A DNA stretch of 64,000 bases from Fonticula alba ATCC 38817 (taxonomy: Eukaryota > Protista > Nucleariida). Where the stretch lies: assembly GCA_000388065.2 (NCBI GenBank), contig KB932206.1. One strand, 5' to 3'. Shown here one piece after another: positions 26,148 to 38,196 of this stretch (positions within the stretch are counted from its first letter, which is position 1; each line of letters begins with the position of its first letter). The position numbers and the translations under genes are program-made. The notes under the pieces are model-generated. The model worked only from the letters and a program-made list of their open reading frames with translations. It was not told the origin of the DNA and made no database searches.

Positions 26148-27175
26148 CGTGGCAAAGGGGGAGGGGAAGCAGCAGGTAGGCGAAGCGACGGGTCACCGAA
26201 GAATGAGGCTCCGCCCTCCCCTCGCGCGGTTGACGGAGGGGTGCCGGGAGGGGACGGAGAAGGAACAAAGGCCCGCCAAAGAGAGAGAGAGAGCCCCAAA
26301 GGGAAAAACGTGAGTAGGGGGAGGAGTGGGGGAGGGGGGGGGGGAGGGCAGTGGACGGGGATCTAGGCTGCCTTGCAGTCTGCGCGCGGGCTCTTAGCCA
26401 GAGGGGGCCCCTCTCTCCCAGAGCTACAAAAAGGCGTCCTGATCGGTGGCAAATGCGCCTGGCCTCGGAGCCTGCCGCGGGCATCGGCTGGCAGTGCGCA
26501 AGACGCGAATGACGCCGCGAGTCCATTGGGACGTAGCGTGTACCAACGCATTACCATATTACCTATCTGGCGCGTGATCCGCCAATTCACGTATGGCTCC
26601 GATCGGGGGGTGGTCGGGCGGTGGACACGGGCAGAGGAAAACAAAAAAACACCCTCGAAGTGCGTGTAGTTCCGGCCAAGAGCCCGGGGCCGGTGTGCCT
26701 GGAGCCGTATGTGCCCTCCTCTGGGGCCTTTCTCAAGGGGCCCCCGGGACGGGGGGAGGGCATATGGAACCCGGAAGGGACATGGCTTTGAGCTTGGTAC
26801 CCGCGGGCGTCACCCAGCGCGGGGGCGGAAAGACTGTTGGAATGGAGAGACACGGAGAGGGAGAGAGAGAGAGAGAGAGGCCGCGGTCTTTCGATCGACA
26901 AATCGGTCAATGGCCGCCCGCCTTCTGGGCGAGCGAGCACCCCCCCCCCCCCCCCCTCGCCGCCGCATCTAAGAGCTGCGAGCACCCCCGAGAGCCAGCA
27001 CCCCGGAGCTGCTGGCACCCTGCCCTACCCTCCTCGCTCCATCCTCCCTGTTTTGCTCCGCCTCATCCGCTGATCCAGCCGGCACGGACGCTCACGACCG
27101 CCGCCCGCGGGATCCCCTCCCCCCCACCCCTTCTCTTCTTTTCCTCCCTCTTGCTCCTTCGCTCCTCTCGACGCC

Positions 27176-30100
27176 ATGGCGCGCTCCGAGGCCGGTGCAC
27201 CTACGGTCTCCTTCTTCCAGCAATTCCGAGCACTGGTCCGTTCAGCTTACTGTGATTGTCTGGATTTCAACTTACACCTGCCTGCCCCTCCTGCCTGCTC
27301 CTCCTGCCTGCTCCTCCTGCCTGCCCCTCCTGCCTGCCCCTCCTGCCTGCCCCCCCCCCCCCTGCCCCCCTGACCTCCTTCTCGTGTAGTTTTTGAAAAA
27401 TGCCTCGCTCTTCTTGTCGCGCAAGTCGACGGTCGTCGTGCAGTTGGTCATCCCGATCTTGCTGCTGAGCTTGATTGGCGGTTTGACCATCCTGATTGAC
27501 CGTGCTCTGGATGAAGCCAACCAGACGGGCTACGTCGAGCGGTACCAGCCCTTCGACGCGTCCAATCCCTTTGTTCTGACGGAATTGGAACGCCCCTCGT
27601 GCGCCTGCCCTCCCTCCTGCGCCCATCCCACTGCCTGTTGCCAGCGCCTTGCTGGCTCGTCCAGCCGCCCACTCACACGATCTTCCCTTCTTGATGGCAC
27701 AGCTGGCGGTCCATGTTCAATAGTCCGCCCTTCTTCCACGTGTCCTTCAATTCCGACGATGCGATTGGCAACGAGCTCGGGTTCTTGACCTTCCTGGGAG
27801 AGCGTTTCGGTGCGTTTGGCACGCACATCCTCTTTGCCACACCCAACCAGCGGCTCATCGCGCCACGCTCAAATGTTTCCGCATGCCCGGCGGCCACACT
27901 CACACGACCATACTCGCACGGCGCACGGCGCACGGCGCACACCCACCCACACCCACACCCACACACACGCGCATGCGCGGCGCACACTCTCAAAGGCGTC
28001 CTCGGTACCATTGAGCAGGAGGTTCAGCCGGAGATTGGCATGGTCCCTGAGACACACTACCCCTTCTTTGTGGAGCACGCCAATCACACATCGGTCAATT
28101 CGGCCCTGTTTGATGTGTATGCCCTGTGGAAGGACCTGCTGAATGACAGTGGCCTGGGCCCGCAGCCTGCCCCCGATGACTACTGGCAGATTACCAACCA
28201 GACCATCGAGTGGCATGCCGCGCGTGAGTATGAAAAGCTCCTGCCCTATGGCGCCCTGCTGGTGGACGACCTCCACCTGCCGGTTGCCGTGCCCGGGGAG
28301 AGTCTCTCGCCGCGGGATTTCCACCTCAACTACACATCCATGGCGGCCACTCGGTATGGTGGTTTGCGCATTCTCGGTCGGGACATCCGGACATCGCCCC
28401 GCGATCCGCCACCCACGGCCTTGAGTGCTGCCCCGGGAGCCTCGGCCCCACGGGCCGCGCTCATTGTGCGTGCTCTGACCCAGGCCTTGCTGCCGAGGAT
28501 GCTATCGAGGGCGGCCAATCCCCCAGTAGCTGGCCCTCAGGAGGGGCTCTCCGCCTGTGCGCATGCCTACCAGGAGAATGACCCCCTGCTGCCGGTGTCC
28601 TACCTGTCGACCATCTTCCCGGAAACCGACCGCCGGATCAACCTGCAGAATATCTTCCACAATGCCTTCCGTGCGTAGCCTGCACTCCTTTCCCCCCTCC
28701 CGGCCCGTCTGGCGTCGTCTCATCTCCGCTGACCGTGTGTCTGCCCCATCTGGGATCTCTTTGCTCCTTTCCTTGCTCCCTGCTTTACCGGTGCTTTGGC
28801 TTTGTCCCCCNNNNNNNNNNNNNNNNNNNNNNNNNNNNNNNNNNNNNNNNNNNNNNNNNNNNNNNNNNNNNNNNNNNNNNNNNNNNNNNNNNNNNNNNNN
28901 NNNNNNNNNNNNNNNNNNNNNNNNNNNNNNNNNNNNCCCCCCCCCATTCAGACCTATACTCAGGGCATGCCCGAGCGCCCGTTCTACCAGTTGGACCTGG
29001 CCTCCCTGTCTGGGCTCTTTACCTACGGCCTGCTGTTGAGTCTCCTGCTGCCGGTCTTTGTCAATAACATTGTCCACGACAAGCAGGTGCGCTCCGGGCG
29101 GTCCACCATGCCCCGCTTGCTTGGCTCCTGCTCGGCTCCCTGACAGTGGTTACCTCTTCTCTTGGGCCGCAGGAGCGCCTGCTGTCGCTCATGCGCATGA
29201 GTGGTCTGCGCATGCGCGTGTACTGGATTGTCAACTACCTGTTCAACTATTCGCTCTACTGCCTTGTGCTGCTGATTACGGTGCTGGTGTCGGTGTCGTT
29301 CGGCATGAAGATGTTTACCGAGACCAGGTGCGCGTGCATCGGTGTCCTCCTACTTGTCCCCCTCGTCCCCCCCCCCCTCCCCCGGCAGGTGCTAACCTCT
29401 TTGCGTCCTCTCGTCCCCCTTGGGGGTCTTCCCCAGTCCGGTCGTCTACCTGACGATCTACCTCCTCTGGGGCCATGCGCTGGTCTGCTTGTCCTTCCTC
29501 TTCTCCACGCTGCTGACCAATTCCAAGACCGCCACGATGATCGGCTATCTGATTGTGATTATTGGTGTCAGCTCGTCCAACCTCCTGAACTTGACTGTCT
29601 TCCTCGAGACCAGCCCGCCTTTCCTGTGCGTTTGCCCGCTTCCTCCCCCCCCCCCCTCTCTCCTGGCGGCGATCGCTTGATCGGCCCTTCTACTTGGTGT
29701 GCCGGGCTGGGGCGTGGCCTGGTTTTTTTTTTCGCCCTGACGTCGAAACCTATTCACCCTCCCTGACCGTTTCTCCTCCCTCATCTCCCCCCCCCTCTCT
29801 GTCTACCCCTCTTTCTCCCCCCGTCCTTTTGCCCCTTGCTTTCCTTCTCGATGCTTTTAGCTACTTCCTGTACCCGCCCTTTGCTTTCTACCGGTCGGTG
29901 TACCTCATGGGCCTGGCGTGTATTGAGCTCCGGTGCATGCCGACCAGCACCTTGACCGAGGTATATGCTGGGGGGCCATTTCCCTATCCTCCCCTGCCGG
30001 TCTTCTTCCCTTTTCCCGCCGACAGCTTGCCCCGTGGCTCCCATCTAACCCCCTCCCCCCCCCCCCCCCCCTCGCCACGTGTGCCTGCCCGCATGCAGTT

Positions 30101-32620
30101 CAATGAAATTTGGCAGATCATCATCTGCCTGACCCTGCAATGCTTTGTCATGTTCGGCCTGACGGTGTATCTGGACCGCGTCTTGCCCGATCAGCATGGC
30201 ACCCGCCGCGATCATCCGCTTTTCATTGTCGACACCCTCCTGCGGCCGTTCGGCCTCGGGCCCTACTTCTCGACTGAGGAGCCAGGTGGTGCGTATCGCA
30301 GTGCACCCTCGCTTGCTTGCCAAGTCGCGCGCGCACGCACATGCACCCTGGCCATACATGTATTGACCTGGCTCTCTCTCTCCCCCTCTCTTTCTCTCTC
30401 CCTCGCTCTCCCTCGCTCTCTTTCTCTCTCTCCCTCGCTCTCTTTCTCCCCCTCGCTCTCTCCCTCTCCCTCCCTCGCTCTCTCCCTCTCCCTCCCTCGC
30501 TCTCTTTCTCCCCCTCACTCTCTTTCTCCCCCTCACTCTCTTTCTCCCCCTCGCTCTCTCCCTCTCCCTCCCTCGCTCTCTCCCTCTCCCTCCCTCGCTC
30601 TCTTTCTCTCTCTTTCTCTCTCTCCGACTCATGCCGAATTGTTCCGCACCTTGGAAAGCCCCCACCAAGAGCTCCACTCTGGGAGCCGATGCCAGTGTCA
30701 ACTCCTCGGCCGAGGCGCTCCTTGGCGGGCAGGCGGACGAGGACAATGATGAGGAGGCCTTCGGCGGCGAGGATGCCCCTCTTCTGGCTGGGCAGCCCGG
30801 CGCCTCGCGGCAGTCAGCCAGTCTCTTTGGCATCAGCCTGCCTGGAGGGGGCGCCGGGGCCGCCGGGCGGCCGCTGACCCCGCGTGAGCTGCGCATTCTC
30901 GCCGAGGCGTCAGCCAGCCGTCCCTTCGAGGATCCGGACTGCCGGGCCGAGCGTGCCACCGCTCTGGCGGCTGCCGGGTCCCCAGCTGGCCCGGGCGAGT
31001 TCCCGATCCTGCTGGCCGGCGTGGGGAAGACCTACTACCCGACCCCGGGCCTGTCGATGGCTGGCCTGCGGGAGTGCTTCGGTCTGGCCACGTCGGGCGA
31101 TGTGCCAGCCGCCGCCGGGCCGAAGGTCGCCGTGGCTGATCTCTTCCTGGCCGTGCCAAATGGCCAGTGCTTCGGCCTGCTTGGTCCCAATGGCGCGGGC
31201 AAGACATCGCTCATCAGCGTGCTTACCGGCCTGGCTCCTGCCTCGCAGGGGGCCGGGCACTGCTTTGTCGCCGGGTTCCCGCTCACATCGATCGACGCCG
31301 TGCAGGTACCCCATTGGCCTGGCCTTGCCGCCTGTATTGCGTTTCTCTTCCACCCCCTTCCGGGGGGAGGGGCTTTCCGTGTACTAATTCGATGGTCCAA
31401 TCCGTCCTCCTCGCCTTCCCTCCCCACCCCCCCGCCCCCACCCCTGTCAGCGTCACATCGGTGTGTGCCCGCAGTTTGACATCTACTATCCGGATTTGAC
31501 GGTGGAGGACCATTTGCTGTTCTTCGCCCGGCTCAAGTGCTCGGCTTCCGACATCTCCACCGTCATGACCATGCAGGCCACACAGCAGAGCTCGCCCTTC
31601 CATGCCTTGGCCGTCAGCGCGGCCCAATCGGTGGAGCTATATCCGGAGCACTATGGCAAGCGGGCGTCCGAGTTGTCTGGCGGCATGCGCCGGCGACTGT
31701 CCCTGGCGATCGCCCTGCTCGGAGACCCGCGCGTGGTCATTCTCGACGAGCCGACCGGCGGCCTGGACCCCTCGACCCGGCGCGAAGTCTGGAAGACCAT
31801 TCGCCATATCTCACGCAACCGTGTCATCCTTCTAACCACGGTACTGTTGCGGCTTGGCTCTCTTTCTCCGGCTCTTCCGGCTCCCCCCCCCTCCTTCTTT
31901 TTTTTTTTTGTTTTTCTCGCCCAGCCCCCCACTGTTCCCTCCCTTTGCTGACGGTTGGTCCACCTGTCCCTGGCGCCCGGGGGGCTTCTTCTTCCGGGGC
32001 TTTGCCCGTTTCTTCAGCATTCCATGGAGGAGGCCGAGGCCCTGTGTGGCCGGGTGGGTGTCCTGTCCCATGGCAGCCTTCGCGCGATCGGCACGCCGGT
32101 GCACCTGAAGCGCCGCTACGCCAGCTCCTATGCGCTGACCCTCTCGCTGGTGGGCGCTGTCGACTTGGCCCGCAAGAGCCGGTCCAACATGGACCTGGAC
32201 AGTGAGGTGTCCCCGATGGCGGTTCTTTCCGATGAGGAGATCCGCGAGCGTGTGCTCCTTTGGGTGGCCGGCAATTTCCCGACGGCGGTCCCCCTGCCGG
32301 AGGAGTCCCTCAACCGGACACTCTGTTTTGAGGTTCGGGCCTGCCTGCCAGCCCCCGAGCCGGAGGGGGACGCCTCCGCGAATGGCCCGCCGGCTGCCTC
32401 GCCGACCACCGGTCCTGATGGGGAATTCGTCCTGAGCAAGGCCTTCCATTTGTTGACGCAATTGTCCTCCCTCGGGCCCGGTGGGGTGTCTGGCGACTCC
32501 CCGCGCGACACGGCCCTGGCTTCGGTCATGGGTCTGGTGCAGGACTGGAACCTCTCGCCGGCCTCACTGGAGGAGGTGTTCATGCGTATCGTCCGCCAGG
32601 AAGGCCACTTCCGGGCATAG
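27176..32620 (+). CDS. ABC transporter subfamily A, half-size (one TMD plus one NBD)
   Basis: N-terminal [15 protein letters not shown]1 ([21 protein letters not shown]), [29 protein letters not shown], Walker A GPNGAGKT (31183-31206), signature LSGGMRRRL (~31673), Walker B VILDEPT (~31736) and C-terminal SLEEVF. N-gap at 28811-28936. Confidence 0.92.
30375..30625 (+). repeat. Intronic pyrimidine-rich minisatellite (ctctccctcgctct-type units) in the ABCA gene
   Basis: Repeated ctctc/ccctcgctctc units. Confidence 0.85.
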
Positions 32621-32665
32621 TCTTCCTCCATGGGCGTGGGGGGATCTTTCGTCCGATTGGTCCGA

Positions 32666-32696
<31 letters not shown>

Positions 32697-32916
32697 TGCC
32701 TTGCACCCGGGGAACGGGAGAGGCCCACGTACATCAGGCGACCCCCCCCCCCCCTCCTTCCCCGCTCTGTGTGCCATCCAACAAAGTGTGCTGCTACTAG
32801 ACGCGCAAATGGTTCTGTGTGTATGTTCATCACATGGTTTTGGTGGGAAGAAACTCAAGGACAAGAAAGGGAGCAATGGGAGCAGGTACATGGGGGTGAA
32901 AAAAAAGGCGTGCCCA

Positions 32917-35900
32917 TTATTGGTGGTTGAGGGCATGGAAGTGATGGAGACCCGGGGAGGTGGATGAGGCATTCTGGTGGGGGAAGGCCCGGATGGAGTG
33001 GAGCTGACACTCAAACTCGAAGACGCTGGAGGGGAGAGCATGCACCGGTAGATCGCATGGGCAGGACAAAAAAAAACACACGGAGGAGGGGAGGAGAAAA
33101 TCGTCAAAGTCAGTGGACGGCCGGCCGAAAGGGAGCAGGGGGAAGGGAAGGAAGAGAGAGGGAGAAAGAGCGAGAAAGAGCATCACCCCAAAGAGCCATG
33201 GAAAGGGTAGCCACATGCTGACACATACCCGGCATGGTCATTGAAGAGGAACTTCATCATCGGCGGGCCGGGAGAAACGCCAGAGGCACCGGGGCCGGCG
33301 GACGAGTGGACGAGCGGCACCAACTGCCTGCCCCGGGGAGCAGTACCATCGCCATCATCCATGCGCTCCTCCCCGTCGGGGGTGCTGAAGAAGGCGTCAA
33401 CCGAGGGGGCATGCAAATCCCCCGCCATGAGGAGGTCCTCCGGGGTGGTCTGGGAGCCGCCAGGCGCCTGGCCCGTGCCCGATGGCTGAATCGGCACGAA
33501 GGTCAAACCGCCGGCCGGGGCCACGGCATAGATCGTGGGCCTGGCGCATGCAGGGGTGGTGGTGGTGGGCCCCTCGTTGCTGGGCATCCCGGTCGGCTGC
33601 TGGCCATTCACCAGGGAAAGAACATGCGCCGGGGGGTTGTCCGCTCCGGTGGCCGGCAGGGAAGAGGTGAAGGAAGCCCACAGACCATTGGCACCCACCT
33701 GGCCATCGGTGCCCATTTCGGCCGACATGTTCCGGCCGGCGAACCAGCCAAACAGCTCGGTCATGGAGAGGGCCGCATGCGGCCGGCCGAAGGAGGCGCC
33801 TCCGGTCGCCGGCTGGGGCGGCAGCGACCCGGTGCTGGCGGCAGCGAGCCCCGGCAGGGCGAGGGCTCGCGTGCCGGGCGGCGCTGGCAGTGCCAGGCTC
33901 CGGCCGCCGGCGACATCGCTGGCATTGCCCGGCAGCGTGGCCATCGCCGCGTCCAGGCCAGACGCCCCGAGGAAGAGGTCCGTGGCCAGTTGCTCGCCGG
34001 CGGCCGAAAGGGTGAGCCCGCCTACCAGCGAGCCGGGACCGCCCTCGGGAATCCCGAGCGCCATGGAGCCGGAAGGCCCGGGCCCGATGGACCCGAGCGG
34101 GGTCGGCAGGCCCTGCTGGATGAGCTCCACACAGGCCGCCGAGCAGACACACCCCTGGTCGCAGAGCAGAGGCTCCGACAGGTTGGCCTGGAATGCCGAC
34201 AGGTAGGACTGCATGGTGTCATAGGCGGTGATCCCGGCTCCGGGAGAGCCATACACCGAGTTGGCCAATGCAGCATCGGCATCATCCGCCGGATGCCCGG
34301 GGAGCAGCTTGGCCGAGGGCCGGTGCGGGGCATTCACCCGGGGATCCAGCGGCAGGGGGCCAGGCCGGTAGGGCATCACCGCCGACACGTCGCCCCTGCC
34401 CGGGCCGCCACTGGCCAGGGTGTTGGCCGGAAGCGAGGCCAGCATGCCGGCCGGCGCGCCCGGCACCCCCCCCGGGCCGGAGGACAAGTTCCCGGCCCAG
34501 GGAAGCAGCAGCGATGCAAAGGCGAAGAGCGACACCACATAGAAGCCCTGCTTCCAGCCGGAGAAGTAGCCATCCGACTCCGGAGACATGGAGGAGGAGG
34601 AGGAGAGTCCCGAAGCCGAGGAGGACCCATCGTCCGAGGCGGTAGAGTGCAAGTCCTCCGGGAGCGTGCCCATGCGCGGCACCGCCGAGGGGGGAGCGGC
34701 GGCCGACGGTGCGCCGGACAGGGCGGCAGCCGCCTCGGCAGCCGGTGCATACTCCGCCCGGGGAGGGGCGCCACCGCGTGCCATCGGGCCCGGCAGCGGC
34801 CCGGGAGCCGGGCCCACGGCGGCACGACACCCGGGCCCGCCGGGACAGGCGGCCGCCCGCAAGCTCGCACACTCGGCCTCCAGATCCTGGATGCGCTGTC
34901 GGGCGGCGGCCAGATCGGCCAGGAGCTCGGCAATGCGCGTGGCTCGGGCGGCACTCTCGCGGGCGGCGCGGGCCGTGGCCTCGGCCTTGCGCGCGCGTGA
35001 TGCCTCGGCCGAGGCGCGATTGCGCAGTCGCCGCAGCGTGGCCGGATCGCTGACCGCCGCCGAGGAAATCGGCGTCGGGGCCGAGCCGCTCCCCCCGCCG
35101 GTGGACAGCACACGGTCCGAAGCCTTCTTGGCCTGGAGGAGGGGAAGCGCCCCCCGGGGGCCACCGGCACCGGGGCCGCCAATGCCACCGGCACCGGACA
35201 CCACGCGGATGGCAGCCACCACGGCATCGGCCACCAGCTCGGCGGTGCTGCTGGAAATGCTGCCGGCAGCCGCCGGCGGGGAGAGGCTCGACGACCGGCC
35301 GGCCCCCTGCCCCAGCGAGGGGGTCGGTGGGCTGGAGCCACTCGGGCTGTCGGACCCGGATGGGGGGGAGCCGCTGGCGGCCGATCCGGCCGCAGGGGGG
35401 AGCGAGTGTTGCTGGCCGGCCGGGGCCGGGCCCGGGGCCACCGGGTGCCAAGCATCCGAGCTCGACGGGGCTGCGGCCGGGATGGGCTCCGCGCCCGGCA
35501 CGGTGGCGGCAGGCGCCGGCCCCTTGGGGGGGATGCTCACCCGGTGCGGACCCACCATCAGGTGCGCCGGCAGGGGGATCGGCGGGAGACTCGGCGGCAC
35601 CGATGGCAGAAGCGGGGTCAAGGCCACGCCCGTGGCCGGGGAGAAGTGCCCTGCTGGGGGGCTGTGCCCGGGCGAGGCGGACATGTGCCCGGAGCCCGGG
35701 TGCCCGGAGACATCGGACGATGATGGCGACCCGTAGGAGTGCCCTGCACTGGGCGAGCCACCGTAGTAGGCGCCCTCCGAAGGGTCGTGCATGGCATTCG
35801 GGGCCGCACTTGGCGGGAAGTACGTCTGCGTGGTGTAGCCTTGTGACGGAGCCGGGGCACTGGCCCGGGGGGATTCGTCTTTCCGGGGGGGGGGGGAAGA

Positions 35901-36775
35901 GGGAGGGCGGGTCAGTGACAAGCCACAGATGGGAGGGGAGGGGGGGGGGGGGGAAGCGGGGGAAAGAGGACTCGAGGGGGGGGATCCTGCGCACCGGAGC
36001 TGAAATAGGACCCAGGCGAAGAGCCAGCCGGCGCGAAGCTGGAATCGCTTTCATATGAAGAGGGGGTCATGAGCGCATAGTGTCCGCCTGTGCCCGCGGC
36101 CGGGGGCGGCGGGTATGAGGGCTGCGAAGGATGTGGCGGCGGTTGCTGCGGGGTCGATGACTGGTGGGAGTGCGGGTACGACTGGGAGGGGAGTGTGGCC
36201 TTGGCGTCGGCGCCCGACGACACGGGATTCTCGGGCATCGGCAGATTGAAGGGCGACGCGATGCCGGTGCCAAGCTCGGAGTAGGACGACCCCCCGGCAT
36301 ACGGGTGCTGCTGGGGATAATGCCCCGGCGCCGGGGGGGAATAGTGGCCCATCATGTGCTGGGAGTACTGCTGGCCCGGCTGATGGGGATACTGGGCAGG
36401 CGGGGCCGCTGGGTGATGGTCGGCCGCCGGGCCGGCATAATAGTTGGGATACTCGGGAGCAGGCCCGGGGGTGCCGATGGCGTAGGCACCGGCGCCGGGG
36501 ACCGGCGAGGCCGGCACCGAGGGCAGCAACTGCGGCACCGAGGGCACTGACGCCATGTCCGGCTCCGACATGGCCGGGTACTCCGGCGCATAGTGCCCAG
36601 GGTGCATGGAGGCCTGGTATGGCGGCTGCTGCGTCGGGTGAGAGTAGCTGTGGCCCGAGCGTGCCGGGGCCGATGCCTGTTGCTGGTAGTAGGAGTATTG
36701 GCTCTCATCGGCCCAGGCGCCGCCGTGAATCGGCGATGGGGGCACGACGGTGGGGAGGGCCGCACTGGTGGACAT
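32917..36775 (-). CDS. ATF6: ATF6-like ER membrane-tethered bZIP transcription factor (3 exons: 36775-35995, 35878-33229, 33025-32917)
   Basis: Contains a P/S/Y-rich N-terminus, a bZIP (RRLRNRASAEASRARK...IAELLADLAAARQRIQDLEAECASL), a hydrophobic segment FYVVSLFAFASLLLPWAG, and RSLA/RALA S1P-like sites. Lumenal blocks PTIYAVAP, PPMMKFLF and, after an in-frame splice, VFEFECQLHSIRAF resemble ATF6 DTFYVVSF, PKMSIVLP and MMQIDCQVMDTRIL. Confidence 0.65.
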
Positions 36776-38196
36776 GGTGCAATTGCGGGAGGAGGAAAGA
36801 CAGGCCAGCGCTGGCGGGCGGTCCCATCAAGGGGTGGCAAGCAGCGCGGCAGGCGAGGAGGAGGGGGAGGGAGGGGGGAGGAGGCAAGGAGCAAGGGGGG
36901 GGGGAACGGGGGGGAGAGGAGGGGAATGGTGGTGGCCACATTCGGAGGGGGCCCCCACACAGCGGGGAGCCGGAAAAAAGTCCCCCACGATGGAGGCCAG
37001 ATCGCGCGGAAAACACCCCAGGCATGATGGGCGCACTCCGCTTTCCTTGCTCCTCGAGCGCCGATTCGCCGCCAACTCCCCCCCCNNNNNNNNNNCCCCC
37101 CCCCTCCCCCCCCCGTCCAACGTGGTTGAGGGCGTCTTGCTTGCATTGTGGACATGGTCGTTGGTGTTCTCCCCCTGCCCCAAGCGAGCTGTGATGGCAC
37201 GCACGGCCGATCGTCCCACACCGATCAATGAAAATGCTAGAAGCCCGGTATTATTCGGCGGGGCACAAAAACCACGGGCGCGTCATCCGGCTGCACCGCC
37301 GGCAGGGGGTTTTCGCCGGTCCACGCTCACCCTGCTCTGGGGGGGGACCGGCCGCGGCACGCTCGGCGATCGGGCTCTATCTGCCCCCTGGACGGCGAGC
37401 AGGCGAAAACCGGGGAGATACACACGACGGGCCCGGCCGGCCCCTCGACCCGGCCCCGGAGAAGGCCCCGGGTCCCCCTCGCCCGGGGGGGGGGGGACCC
37501 GGGGCGGGGCAGCGGGCCTGGGATCCGGACGACCGCGCCACCGACGAGACGCACCGTCGCACCGGGGGGACACTCGCCACCCGCCACCGGGGCCACCGTG
37601 TGCGAGGCAGCAGGAGGCGGCCCCGTATTTAACAGAGAGGACCAATGGCCGGCGTCCAAATGTTCGAGTCACGTGTTGTCCATTACCCGCTGGGCCAATT
37701 GTTGGCCGCCACCGGCCTCCGTCCGGAGGACCGGCGGCCGTGGGGTCCCGCGCTCGTGGCGGCGAAGAAGCAGGGGTTGAGGGGAGATCTCTGGCTTTCT
37801 CCCCTCCCCCGGCCAACTGATCGAGAACCACCACTCGAACGGAGGGCAGACTCCCAGGTGGCCACCTGGGCCTCGTCCCCTCCTCCCCCTTCTCCCCGAC
37901 ACACACACACACACACACAGACACACTTGAGCACTCGCCACACCTGCCGGCATGTCGCCTGCATCCCGTCCTGTGGGCCTGTCCATAGCCGACCCTGGCC
38001 CCCCACGTATGGGCGTGCAAACACACCACACCCGAGCATGTTTGCGCAGGTGCATTGTCACTGAAATGCACACATGTGCGCGCGTCGCATGCGGGAAGAG
38101 GGACATTCCCCGGGCAATGCCACGGCCGATGGAGCTACCGTGAGACAGGCGCGGAGGAGAAAAGGGCCAGCAGGACTGGGCGCCCCGCATGGGACA

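Noticed and set aside
33183-33228. ORF-track C-terminus of the bZIP protein (YVSACGYPFHGSLG*)
   Set aside because: A GTATGT donor at 33228 and an in-frame downstream exon with ATF6-like sequence indicate this stretch is intronic.
34495-34548. FYVVSLFAFASLLLP resembles the ATF6 lumenal FYVVSFRRDHLLLP
   Set aside because: It lies directly after the bZIP/linker, where the TM is expected, and is uncharged. I treat it as the TM; the resemblance may be coincidental and was not used as evidence.
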